Shown here one piece after another: positions 1 through 8,411 of a stretch of DNA of 64,000 bases. Source of the stretch: an uncultured Dehalococcoidia bacterium (GTDB lineage Bacteria; Chloroflexota; Dehalococcoidia; Lucifugimonadales; CAZDRU01); the NCBI GenBank assembly GCA_964508175.1, contig CAZDRU010000023.1, positions 3,451 through 67,450 of the forward strand, given 5' to 3'. The position numbers and the translations under genes are program-made. Numbering within the stretch: the first letter of the stretch is position 1; every line of letters begins with the position of its first letter. The notes under the pieces were generated by a model. The model worked only from the letters and a program-made list of their open reading frames with translations. It had not been told where the DNA came from and ran no database searches.

Positions 1-68
1 CGACTTTATCTTGGGTGCAAGTAGCGTATTTTAGAATGTTATTGCAGAAATGAAATAGATAATAATTT

Positions 69-764
69 CTATGGAGTTTCTTCTACAATAATATCTCCAG
101 GCCCACGTGTTTTTTTAGAAAGTTTTATTTGAGGTATTGTTTTTAAAAATCCTGTGAAAGTTCGGAACCCTAAAGATTGGAAATCAAAACTTGGATCGAT
201 TTGAAGAACATTTTGGTGTAATTTTGACCCAAATACTTTTCCTTCTTCATCCGCAGAAACACGTAATGCTCTAAGCAATAATTCCTCATTGTTTTTATCT
301 ATTTTCTGAGTCTTGGAAATCTGCTTATTTGAATTTTCTTTGATAAAAATGTATCGATCGCATGAGCGAACTAAACTAGGTGAAACTACATCTTGTCTGC
401 CAGCACATATTACTGTTTTGCCAGCTGCTCGTAATTGATTGACTAGTGGAACAAAATCACTATCTGCAGAAACTATTACAAAAACATCAACATCAGATTT
501 ATATAATAATTCAACAGCATCAATGGCTAAGCGAATATCACTTGAATTTTTTGCTGAATTAGAGGCGTGAAAATTTTGAATTGCTTCGATGCCTAGTTTT
601 TGTAGGAGAACAACAGGTTCTTTAGGAACAGCAGACCAGTCTGCATATGCTTTTTTTATTATTGCTCGACCAATATTAGCGATGCTATCGAAAAGGCCTT
701 CTAGGGATGAAGCTCCTACGTTTTCATAATCTATTAATACAGCTACGTTTGGTTGTTGGTTCAT
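69..764 (-). CDS. NYN (LabA-like) nuclease-fold protein with C-terminal OST-HTH/LOTUS-like domain
   Basis: 231-aa ORF. The N-terminus has NYN/LabA hallmarks (VAVLIDYENV, VIVSADSDFVPLV). The C-terminal ~70 aa resemble OST-HTH (GSKLHQNVLQIDPSFDFQSLGFRTFTGFL). Confidence 0.75.
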   Translation of the reverse strand: MNQQPNVAVLIDYENVGASSLEGLFDSIANIGRAIIKKAYADWSAVPKEPVVLLQKLGIEAIQNFHASNSAKNSSDIRLAIDAVELLYKSDVDVFVIVSADSDFVPLVNQLRAAGKTVICAGRQDVVSPSLVRSCDRYIFIKENSNKQISKTQKIDKNNEELLLRALRVSADEEGKVFGSKLHQNVLQIDPSFDFQSLGFRTFTGFLKTIPQIKLSKKTRGPGDIIVEETP

Positions 765-925
765 AGTTTTTTTATTCGAATTAGTTAATTTGTTTTAGTT
801 TACTATGTTTTAAATATAATAGTTATATTTATACAGTACAGTTTCTCGTGATTTCGCTAGTTTTAAAAGTAATATGCTTTAGTACATGATAACATGGTAA
901 ACAAAAAAATAATTTGGGAGATAAA

Positions 926-1312
926 ATGAGTTCAAAAGAATTTGATTTGAAAGGAGTAAATCATGCAGTTTATCTTGTTTCGAATCTTGAAAGAAGCCTG
1001 AAATTTTATAGAGATTATTTAGGAATAAAACAAATCCCTAAAATGGTTCCTCAAGATCATCTTGTGTGGCTTCTACTACCTAGTGGCGTTATGATACATC
1101 TTATTGAAAGTGAAGAATTACCTTTACCTTCTCAACGGACTCATATAGCTTTTGAAGTTGACGATATAGATAAAGTTACTGAAAAATTAAAAGAAGATAA
1201 AATAGAAATTCTTACTTCTGGTGTTAGATTAGATGGACAAAGATATCTTTTTATCTATGATCCAGATCAAAATAGAGTTGAATTTTGTACAGTGTCAAAT
1301 TTTAATATGTAG
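926..1312 (+). CDS. VOC/glyoxalase-bleomycin resistance family protein
   Basis: Motifs typical of the glyoxalase I fold: GVNHAVYLVSNLERSLKFYRDYLG, HIAFEV, RVEF. I prefer the ATG at 926, which follows GGGAG (916-920), over the TTG at 914 used by the ORF track. Confidence 0.8.
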   Translation: MSSKEFDLKGVNHAVYLVSNLERSLKFYRDYLGIKQIPKMVPQDHLVWLLLPSGVMIHLIESEELPLPSQRTHIAFEVDDIDKVTEKLKEDKIEILTSGVRLDGQRYLFIYDPDQNRVEFCTVSNFNM

Positions 1313-1327
1313 AGTAGGATTCTTTTT

Positions 1328-2152
1328 TTGGGTTTATTAACGATTCCAGAATTTCAAGAATTTATTTTAAATTGGTATTCTAATAAGGCTCGCAGACTGC
1401 CATGGAGAATGACATTCGATCCTTATTCAATTCTTGTTTCAGAAATAATGTTACAACAGACTCAAGTTAGTAGGGTTATTCCAAAATATTGTGAATTTCT
1501 ATCTAAATTTCCTTCTCTTGACGTCCTTAGTTTTGCTCCACAATCAACTATTTTGGAAACATGGCAAGGTTTAGGTTATTGGAAAAGGGCATTGAATTTA
1601 CAAGCTACTTGTTTGCAAATTTATAAAAATTATAATGGTAAATTCCCTTCTAACCAATCAATTCTTGAAGGTATGCCGGGAATAGGACCTTATACATCTG
1701 CAGCTGTTACTTGTTTTGCTTTTAATACACCGGTGGTTTTTATTGATACTAATATCAGAAAAGTCTATCGACATTTTTTCTTTTCTGAAAATCCTGATAT
1801 TTCAGATAAAATATTACTTGAAATGGCTAAAAAGGCTTTATGGAGAAAAGATCCGAGAAGTTGGCATTATGCTCTTTTTGATTATGGATCTATTGTATTA
1901 AGGAAAAAATCTGGGAAAATTAGTGGAAATTTAGCTAAAATAGCCCCTTACAAAGGTTCTATCCGTCAACTACGCAGTAAAATAATTGATTTAATTCTTA
2001 ATTCTTCCAATCAACGTATTTCAAGAATTAAGCTTCACGAAATTTTAGATACTATGAAATCAGATTATGGTAAGGGTGCTCCACAAAAGGCAGTTTCGTC
2101 TTTAATCAAAGATGATATTATGAAAGATATTGAAGGAAATTATTTGATTTAA
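1328..2152 (+). CDS. HhH-GPD base-excision glycosylase, MutY-like, without Fe-S cluster motif or NUDIX-like C-domain
   Basis: MutY-type N-terminus (RRLPWR, PYSILVSEIMLQQTQV), an HhH-GPD loop (GMPGIGPYTSAAV) and IDTNIRKV with the catalytic Asp. There is no Cys-rich C-X6-C-X2-C-X5-C block. TTG start. Confidence 0.7.
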   Translation: MGLLTIPEFQEFILNWYSNKARRLPWRMTFDPYSILVSEIMLQQTQVSRVIPKYCEFLSKFPSLDVLSFAPQSTILETWQGLGYWKRALNLQATCLQIYKNYNGKFPSNQSILEGMPGIGPYTSAAVTCFAFNTPVVFIDTNIRKVYRHFFFSENPDISDKILLEMAKKALWRKDPRSWHYALFDYGSIVLRKKSGKISGNLAKIAPYKGSIRQLRSKIIDLILNSSNQRISRIKLHEILDTMKSDYGKGAPQKAVSSLIKDDIMKDIEGNYLI

Positions 2153-2155
2153 AAA

Positions 2156-2938
2156 TTATTTGTTTTCTGGTTCTGGCATAAATGCACAATTAAGAAATCC
2201 ACCGTCGATAGGAATAGCGGTACCGTTAATGTAAGTTGACTTTTCACTACATAAAAAGACAACTAAATCTGCTATTTCTTGAGGCCTAGCTTCTCTTCCC
2301 ATAGGATATCTTTTGAACCGTTGTTCTTTAAGGGCAGGGTCTCGTTTATATGCCTCTTCTACCATTGGAGTAGTAGTTACACCAGGACATATAGCGTTGA
2401 CATTGATATTGTAACGTGCCCATTCGAGAGAGAGCATAGCTGCCATACTTATTAGTCCTGCTTTAGCTGGACTATAACCTGCACGTTCAGGTACTGGAGT
2501 TATTCCAGCGACTGATGACATAAGAACGATTCTTCCTCCTTCGCCTTGTTGTACTATTTTTTTTCCTACAGCTTGACAAAAAAGAAAAGCTCCAGTGAGG
2601 TGAGTTTCTAAAGATTCTTTCCATTCGCTTATTGTCATTTCCAGGAAAGAGGCCTTGATATTGTTGCCTGCAGAGTGAACTAGGAAGTCAATTTTCCCAA
2701 AATGATCGACTACGCGTTGAACTGTCGAATAAACAGATTTTTGCGAAGTAACATCGACTTCAATTGCCAAAGCACTAGCTCCTTCTGAAGTGATAGCCTC
2801 TGCTACCTTACGGGCTTTTTCTAGGTTTATATCTACTACGGCTACAGAGACACCTTCATGTGCAAGTGCTTTGCATGAAGCAGCTCCGATTCCACCACCG
2901 CCTCCTGTAACTATAGCTACCTTGTTTTTCATATGCAT
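2156..2938 (-). CDS. short-chain dehydrogenase/reductase (SDR)
   Basis: TGGGGGIG Rossmann motif and YSPAKAG catalytic YxxxK. AGGAG lies 8 nt upstream of the ATG at 2938. Confidence 0.85.
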   Translation of the reverse strand: MHMKNKVAIVTGGGGGIGAASCKALAHEGVSVAVVDINLEKARKVAEAITSEGASALAIEVDVTSQKSVYSTVQRVVDHFGKIDFLVHSAGNNIKASFLEMTISEWKESLETHLTGAFLFCQAVGKKIVQQGEGGRIVLMSSVAGITPVPERAGYSPAKAGLISMAAMLSLEWARYNINVNAICPGVTTTPMVEEAYKRDPALKEQRFKRYPMGREARPQEIADLVVFLCSEKSTYINGTAIPIDGGFLNCAFMPEPENK

Positions 2939-3031
2939 TATAAGTGCTCCTATTTAATATGGATATTATGAATGTTTTTTACTTGGTTGCATAAAATAAT
3001 GCTTTTGATCTTATTTTGTGTGTTTGGTCTG

Positions 3032-4204
3032 TTAACGATATTCATGTAACGCTATTCGATGGGCGTTTATAAAAGACCAATCGTATGTTACTCCCAGCCC
3101 AGGACCATCTGGGACTGGGACGCACCCATCTGTTCCTACGCAATCGACGTTATCATTGTATCCGTCTATATAAACTGGGGGGCTTATATTAGGAGTATTT
3201 GGCCCGACTAGTGCGACTTCGTAGAAGTTGCTATTTCGCATAGCTGACATGCATGCACGATGTGCTGGTCCAGAGGCGTGAATTTCACAGTCTATACCAA
3301 AAGCTTCTGCGAGATGAGCTATTTTCATACAGCCTGTAATACCCATATCATATTCTGGATCTGCGCGTAAAATATCCGTTCCTCCAGCTATCAGGAAGTC
3401 AGCTTTTGGTTCAATTCCTCGGATGTGTTCGGTTTGCAGAATTGGAGTTCGGATCATTTCGCGTAGTTTTTTGTGAGCGAAGGCTGAAGTTCCCGCATCA
3501 CGGAAAGGATCTTCGTACCAGAAGAAATTGGAATCATCACAGGCTATTCCAACTTGAAGAGCATCTGCAAAAGTACGCAGTTCACAAGCCGGATCGATCA
3601 TTAGTGTCATTCGATCACCCATTTTTTTCCCCATATAGCGAACATTATCAGCTTCTTCTTTTGGGTCACTGTTGTACCAGCCGTGGATTTTGAATGCACG
3701 ATATCCTAAATCATAACATTGTTCTGCAAATGATACGAAAGCTTCTTTCGAATCAAGACCTCCATTTCGATCTCCATGATATGTGCTAGCATAGGCAGGA
3801 AGTCGTTTTCGGTACCCTCCGAGAAGTTTGGATACACTGCAGTTATACTTTTTGCCTGCTAGATCCCAAAGTGCAATGTCTAGTGGTCCATGACCCATAT
3901 GATCATACATTCTAATTTCTTGTTTAAAAACGTCGAAGATGCTTTCGCGTTCTTCAGGGTCTTGACCAATCAGATATGGGGCTAACATCATTGATTGAGC
4001 TAGAGCTGATTTCGTGCCGACCCAATGGGTGACATATTCACCTCTGCAACCGTCGTCAGTATTGATTGCTACAGCATATTTTGATACTGGCAATTTGTGA
4101 CCTGGCTTGTAGCAGATATTAAATATGCCATCTTTAGTTTCAGGTCCTAAGTTTTCTACTTCATAAGTGAATTCATGGATTTCTACGTAGTTTATTTTGC
4201 TCAT
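3032..4204 (-). CDS. enolase-superfamily (mandelate racemase/muconate lactonizing enzyme family) probable sugar-acid dehydratase
   Basis: 390 aa. The MR/MLE-like layout (KIHGW, MIDPACE, WYEDP, EIHA) fits acid-sugar dehydratases of this superfamily. The substrate cannot be read from the sequence. Confidence 0.75.
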   Translation of the reverse strand: MSKINYVEIHEFTYEVENLGPETKDGIFNICYKPGHKLPVSKYAVAINTDDGCRGEYVTHWVGTKSALAQSMMLAPYLIGQDPEERESIFDVFKQEIRMYDHMGHGPLDIALWDLAGKKYNCSVSKLLGGYRKRLPAYASTYHGDRNGGLDSKEAFVSFAEQCYDLGYRAFKIHGWYNSDPKEEADNVRYMGKKMGDRMTLMIDPACELRTFADALQVGIACDDSNFFWYEDPFRDAGTSAFAHKKLREMIRTPILQTEHIRGIEPKADFLIAGGTDILRADPEYDMGITGCMKIAHLAEAFGIDCEIHASGPAHRACMSAMRNSNFYEVALVGPNTPNISPPVYIDGYNDNVDCVGTDGCVPVPDGPGLGVTYDWSFINAHRIALHEYR

Positions 4205-4219
4205 AATTTTTTCTGTAAT

Positions 4220-5092
4220 TTATAGACAAATTTTTGAAGCGAATTCTGGAACTCCTTGTATTCCAAGTCGTAGTCGGAACAAAGCTCCAGCATTAGCTCC
4301 ATCTTGTTCTTTATTACTATCATATATAGCTGTAGTAACGTAGATATCTTTGTAGGAATTGCCGCCAAATATGACACTTGACACTTTTTTGACCGGGAAC
4401 TGAATTTGTCTTTCTTGAGTTCCGTCAGGAGCGTAACGGTATAGAGACCAACCCTCCCAACGAGCTGACCAGACATAGCCTTCAGCATCAACTGTCATTC
4501 CGTCAGGAAATCCTTTCCCTTCAGGAGTTTCGACAAACACACGTTGATTAGTGATTTCACCAGTGCTTTGATCATAATCAAAGATATATATTTTTAAAGC
4601 TTCTGTGTCTGTATAGTACATATATTTTCTATCCGGAGTGAATCCAATTCCGTTGGGGATGCCTATATTTTCGAGTACTATGCGAATCGATCCGTTCGTA
4701 TCTAATCGATAAAGTCTTCCAGGTCTATTGGCAGTTGCTACCATTCCACAAAAAACACGTCCGCTTGGGTCAGTTATCACATCATTAAATCGAGTTTCAC
4801 GTTCTTCAGGAATTTCTTTTATGATATAGTTCAATTTGCCATTCTTCCAGGTGGCTACTGCTCCCTTAGCCATAAAGAATAACAAAGAACCATCTTCTTG
4901 AATAGTAAAGCCTCCAACTTCGGGTCCTTCATAACATTGTTCATGTTTTTCTGTAGCAGGATCATAGCGAAATAATTTGCCGTTGGGGATATCTGACCAA
5001 TAGATCTTTTTTTCAATTGGATGCCATAATGGATTTTCGCCTATTTCACATTCATAATCAGCAATTAACTCAGGTTTCATTGAATACCTCAT
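4220..5092 (-). CDS. SMP-30/gluconolactonase/LRE-like lactonase
   Basis: GENPLWHP, YWSDI, RFNDVITDP, PNGIGFTPD and PDGMTVDAEG are classic six-bladed SMP-30 motifs. An alternative start at 5080 is preceded by GAGG. Confidence 0.85.
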   Translation of the reverse strand: MRYSMKPELIADYECEIGENPLWHPIEKKIYWSDIPNGKLFRYDPATEKHEQCYEGPEVGGFTIQEDGSLLFFMAKGAVATWKNGKLNYIIKEIPEERETRFNDVITDPSGRVFCGMVATANRPGRLYRLDTNGSIRIVLENIGIPNGIGFTPDRKYMYYTDTEALKIYIFDYDQSTGEITNQRVFVETPEGKGFPDGMTVDAEGYVWSARWEGWSLYRYAPDGTQERQIQFPVKKVSSVIFGGNSYKDIYVTTAIYDSNKEQDGANAGALFRLRLGIQGVPEFASKICL

Positions 5093-5167
5093 TAGGGTAG
5101 CGTATTGACTCTAAAATTAATGAATATTGTATTCATCGTTGTTTAAGAAGTCAAACCATTGTTTTTA

Positions 5168-5219
5168 CTTGCTGTACAAGCAGGGGGGGTCAGAGGTTCG
5201 AATCCCCTCGGTTCCCCCA
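5168..5219 (+). other. orphan tRNA 3'-half-like element (anticodon-arm-like hairpin, T-arm GGTTCGAATCC, 3' acceptor strand, discriminator C, CCA) with no 5' acceptor partner
   Basis: Elements seen: hairpin cttgc-tgtacaa-gcagg; T-arm agagg-TTCGAAT-cccct with one A.C mismatch; cggttcc-c-CCA ending at 5219. No ggaaccg-type 5' strand or D-arm exists in the 75 nt upstream. It lies in the 139-nt gap between two minus-strand CDS. Confidence 0.5.
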
Positions 5220-5231
5220 GTTTATATTTTT

Positions 5232-5960
5232 TTATCCTCTTCCTATATATTCTTGATTGATTGGCAATATCGTGCTTTCAAGGAGATTTATTTCTGGTGG
5301 CATCAATGCCATTGTAAGAGCAACTTTTCCTATTTCTTTAACACTCATCATGGGTTCTTTATCCATTTCTCTTTTACCTTCAATTCTTCTTTCTACCATG
5401 ACATTTCCTGGATTAATACAACTACATGAAATTCCAAATTTTTGACCCTCAAGTGCAGTGACTTGTGTTAATCCCCATATAGCATGTTTGCTTGCTGCAT
5501 ATGGGCCAGTATTAGCACGAACCCTTGATCCTGCGAGACTTCCAATGTTGATTATTCTGCCACTACCTTTAGGTTTCATCATTTTTAAAGCTGCTCGAGT
5601 ACAAAGAAAAGGGCCTCTGACGTTGATAGACATTACCTTATCCCATGTTGCAATATCCATTGTATCTAACGGGCCTCCTTCTACTACTCCAGCGTTATTA
5701 ATAAGAATATCAAGTTTGCCTAAATTATTTTCAATGTATTTGAATACAGAATTCACTTCAGATTCTACTGTTACATCTGCTTGTAAGATGTGTGTCAAAT
5801 TTGGATTTTCAAATTCTTTTTTTGTTGTTTCTAGTATTGTTTTTCTTCTGCCGATTAATATGAGATGAGCTCCCTCAGAAGCAAAACTTTGTGCTATGCC
5901 TTTACCTATTCCACTACCACCGCCAGTGATTAGAACAGTCTTCCCAGTTAGTTTGTTCAT
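5232..5960 (-). CDS. short-chain dehydrogenase/reductase (SDR)
   Basis: TGGGSGIGKG, NNAG and YAASKHA motifs. Confidence 0.85.
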   Translation of the reverse strand: MNKLTGKTVLITGGGSGIGKGIAQSFASEGAHLILIGRRKTILETTKKEFENPNLTHILQADVTVESEVNSVFKYIENNLGKLDILINNAGVVEGGPLDTMDIATWDKVMSINVRGPFLCTRAALKMMKPKGSGRIINIGSLAGSRVRANTGPYAASKHAIWGLTQVTALEGQKFGISCSCINPGNVMVERRIEGKREMDKEPMMSVKEIGKVALTMALMPPEINLLESTILPINQEYIGRG

Positions 5961-6120
5961 TGTATCCCCTTTTTTTAATTAATTTATTTTATTGATACAA
6001 TATCAGAAAATTTATGATATATAAATATTCATTTATTGATTTAAAAGTATGATATATCCGTATAAAGACATTAAATGTTTTACAGAGCTATAAGTAAAAA
6101 AGAAGAAAGAGAGGTGTAAT

Positions 6121-8334
6121 ATGAAACGCATAGGTTCAACAGAGCAGAGGTTGAAGGAATTGCCATACAAAAAACGTGTATGCCGTGCAGAGTACTACCC
6201 ACACAATTTTAGCTTCCTGCCATACCTGCCACCTGCCGCGGTGGCGCTTGACGCTGAAAAGGCTATGCAAGAGTACGTTGATATCATGCATGATGTAGGG
6301 CTCGAAGTACAAGTTGTGGTGCCAGAATTAGATCGAGGAACGCCTCGTTTTCATTCTAAGATGATCTCGCCCCATCCCAACGTTGACCAAGATCTTCTTC
6401 CAAGGTATTTGGAGATGGCTCACGAAAAAGGGATTATTGCTCTTGGTTACTACTCTATCAATTACTGTAAGCCTCTCAAACCTATTCATCCAGAGTGGTT
6501 GATGGAGATGCTGGATGATGGGAGGCCTCCTAGTGAAAACTTGGGTTGGTTCTGCTTCAATGCGCCATACCGTGATTGGTTAACTGAGTATCTTATTGAG
6601 TTTCTTGATAATATGGACCTAGACGGCTTCTACTTTGATGATCTCAACTGGGGTTCGCACGATAAAGGTCCCTGGTATCCTTCTTGCTGCTGTAGGTATT
6701 GTGAGAAACTTTTTTATAAAGAAACAGGACTAGCTATCCCTCGCAAAGTGGACTTCGACTCTTTGGATTTTAGACGTTTTGTGAACTGGAGGTACGAGAA
6801 ATTCAAAGATTTTACACATCATATCTTTCGCGGGATCAGACGGAAACATCCGAATGCCATCCTTGATTTGCAAACATATATGGAGCCGACAGCAGACTGG
6901 TCATTAGGACACCCTCTTAACCCTCTTCATCTGGAAGATTTTGAAGGGTATATTTTTAATTGTACAGGGCGGTCATTGCGCGAGCCTAGTTTTGTTGCAA
7001 AGGAACTTCGGGCAACCGGAACTCCATTCTCTGTTTTTCGAAATCAGACTGATACATTACAGGGATTTGGCAGTGCTCCTTATCCCGAGCGTTTTTCTGC
7101 AGCAGTCTTTGCATTTTCTAGCATAGCGAACGGTGGACAGCCCTGTGGTATTCCCTTTGGAGACAAGCCTCCAGTCCTTCAGAAGGACATAATGAAGTGG
7201 ATTTTCACTGAGCTTAAAAAGAGGGCGGATTACATATATGGAGATACTGTCAAATACGTTGCCCTTCACTACTCACAGCAAAATAGAGACTTTCGTCCAT
7301 CGGAACTACCCAGAAACAGATCGAAGGCTCACCAAGGAGAGCTAGGTCAAAAGGACACTCATGGTACATATGAAATGCTAAATCGTTCTCACATTCTATT
7401 CGATTTTATATTGGATGAGCAACTTAACTACGAGATGTTGAGCAAGTATCGAGTGCTCTTTCTCTCCACCAGCACTTGTCTTTCTGAAAAACAGTGTGTG
7501 GAAATAAGAAAATATGTTAAAGAAGGCGGGACACTCATTGCTACTCATGAGACTTCTTTATTTGACGAACTGGGCAGGAAGAGGGACAATTTTGCTCTTG
7601 CCGATGTGTTGGGAGTGGATTACAAAAGCCCCCAGGAAGAAGGGGCAGCACATCCCGTTATTTATGTGCCACAGGATCAAGACATTCGTCAGAAATTTGG
7701 TTACGTAGTCTGTTTTACCGGCGAAGAGTCAGCAGTAAACGTTCGAATCGATGCCAAAGTAGAGGTTCTCTGTACCAGAAGTACCCTAAAAGCAGAACCT
7801 CCTTGGAAAAGTGGCAGGCCTTGGGGCAGAGAACCTCTGGACGACTTTGATCCTAAGAAGAATTATGATTCTTCAGATCCTACTGTTACCCTTCATAGTT
7901 ATGGTAAAGGACAGGCCATATACATTACTGGTGATGTTGGTACTGCCTACATGAATAATCCCTATCCACCACTAAAAAGGTTTGTAGATTATCTGACAAA
8001 GAAGATTAGTTCTCCTATAGAGATTAAGGCACCGGAGGCTATAGAGGTGACGGCTGCTCATCGAAGTTCTAGGGAGTTAATGATCCACCTGGTAAATAAT
8101 CCTACACCGTTGTTACCCTGGCGCACCGGTAATAATCAGGACATGACGACTTTTTTCGCTCTTCATGAAGTGAATCCGATTTACAATATCTCCATTCGTT
8201 TCAACGATTTCAAAGTGAAATCCGCACGGTTGCCATTGCAGGACACTTTTTTGGAGGTGACTGGAGATCCAGCAGAAGTTGTGATACCGAAGGTAGAGCT
8301 TCACGAGGTGCTTCTTGTGGAGCTTTCAGATTAA
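6121..8334 (+). CDS. putative cytoplasmic glycoside-hydrolase-like protein (GHL6/GH42-like TIM barrel plus GH42 trimerisation-type domain)
   Basis: 737 aa with no signal peptide. LDGFYFDD and a Cys cluster (PSCCCRYCEKLF) resemble the GH42 zinc site. YRVLFLSTSTCLSEKQCVEIRKYVKEGGTLIATHETS resembles the class-I-amidotransferase-like GH42M domain. GC is visibly higher than in the neighbours. Confidence 0.55.
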   Translation: MKRIGSTEQRLKELPYKKRVCRAEYYPHNFSFLPYLPPAAVALDAEKAMQEYVDIMHDVGLEVQVVVPELDRGTPRFHSKMISPHPNVDQDLLPRYLEMAHEKGIIALGYYSINYCKPLKPIHPEWLMEMLDDGRPPSENLGWFCFNAPYRDWLTEYLIEFLDNMDLDGFYFDDLNWGSHDKGPWYPSCCCRYCEKLFYKETGLAIPRKVDFDSLDFRRFVNWRYEKFKDFTHHIFRGIRRKHPNAILDLQTYMEPTADWSLGHPLNPLHLEDFEGYIFNCTGRSLREPSFVAKELRATGTPFSVFRNQTDTLQGFGSAPYPERFSAAVFAFSSIANGGQPCGIPFGDKPPVLQKDIMKWIFTELKKRADYIYGDTVKYVALHYSQQNRDFRPSELPRNRSKAHQGELGQKDTHGTYEMLNRSHILFDFILDEQLNYEMLSKYRVLFLSTSTCLSEKQCVEIRKYVKEGGTLIATHETSLFDELGRKRDNFALADVLGVDYKSPQEEGAAHPVIYVPQDQDIRQKFGYVVCFTGEESAVNVRIDAKVEVLCTRSTLKAEPPWKSGRPWGREPLDDFDPKKNYDSSDPTVTLHSYGKGQAIYITGDVGTAYMNNPYPPLKRFVDYLTKKISSPIEIKAPEAIEVTAAHRSSRELMIHLVNNPTPLLPWRTGNNQDMTTFFALHEVNPIYNISIRFNDFKVKSARLPLQDTFLEVTGDPAEVVIPKVELHEVLLVELSD

Positions 8335-8376
8335 CTACAAATTCATTGATTTTTAGAATGCTTGCGAGTAAAATAA

Positions 8377-8411
8377 TAACATATTAGTTAATGGGTATTA
8401 ACATATGTTAA
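8377..8411. promoter_or_regulatory. candidate TetR operator pair (TAACATAT half-sites; perfect palindrome TTAACATATGTTAA over the start codon)
   Basis: TAACATATTAGTTA (8377-8390) is an imperfect palindrome and TTAACATATGTTAA (8398-8411) is a perfect 14-bp palindrome. The TAACATAT cores are 22 nt apart, and the second covers the ATG at 8405. Confidence 0.3.

Noticed and set aside
5183-5235. The GC-rich hairpin ggggggg..ccccc followed by tttatattttttt could be read as a plus-strand intrinsic terminator, or as the 3' end of a tmRNA.
   Set aside because: There is no plus-strand gene upstream to terminate, because both neighbours are on the minus strand, where the hairpin is followed by an A-run. 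A tmRNA would need about 300 nt of upstream RNA and a 5' GGGG.. acceptor partner, and that space is occupied by the lactonase CDS. The perfect GGTTCGAATCC T-loop plus CCA favours a tRNA-derived fragment.
3406-5868. Antisense or overlapping ORFs 3406..3693(+), 4201..4491(-), 5127..5429(+), 5257..5445(+), 5458..5868(+).
   Set aside because: Each lies opposite to, or out of frame within, a well-supported enzyme gene (enolase-superfamily dehydratase, SMP-30 lactonase, SDR). None shows family motifs. The same reasoning applies to the other short internal ORFs in the track, for example 16383..16688(-), 35785..36027(+), 57039..57362(+), 59037..59339(+) and 48430..48672(-).
6013-6057. A 10-bp direct repeat TATGATATAT (6013-6022 and 6048-6057) in the divergent SDR / GH42-like promoter region, as a regulator binding site.
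   Set aside because: The spacer is extremely AT-rich, so a 10-mer of A/T/G recurring once is not clearly above chance. It is not palindromic and no adjacent regulator gene is present.
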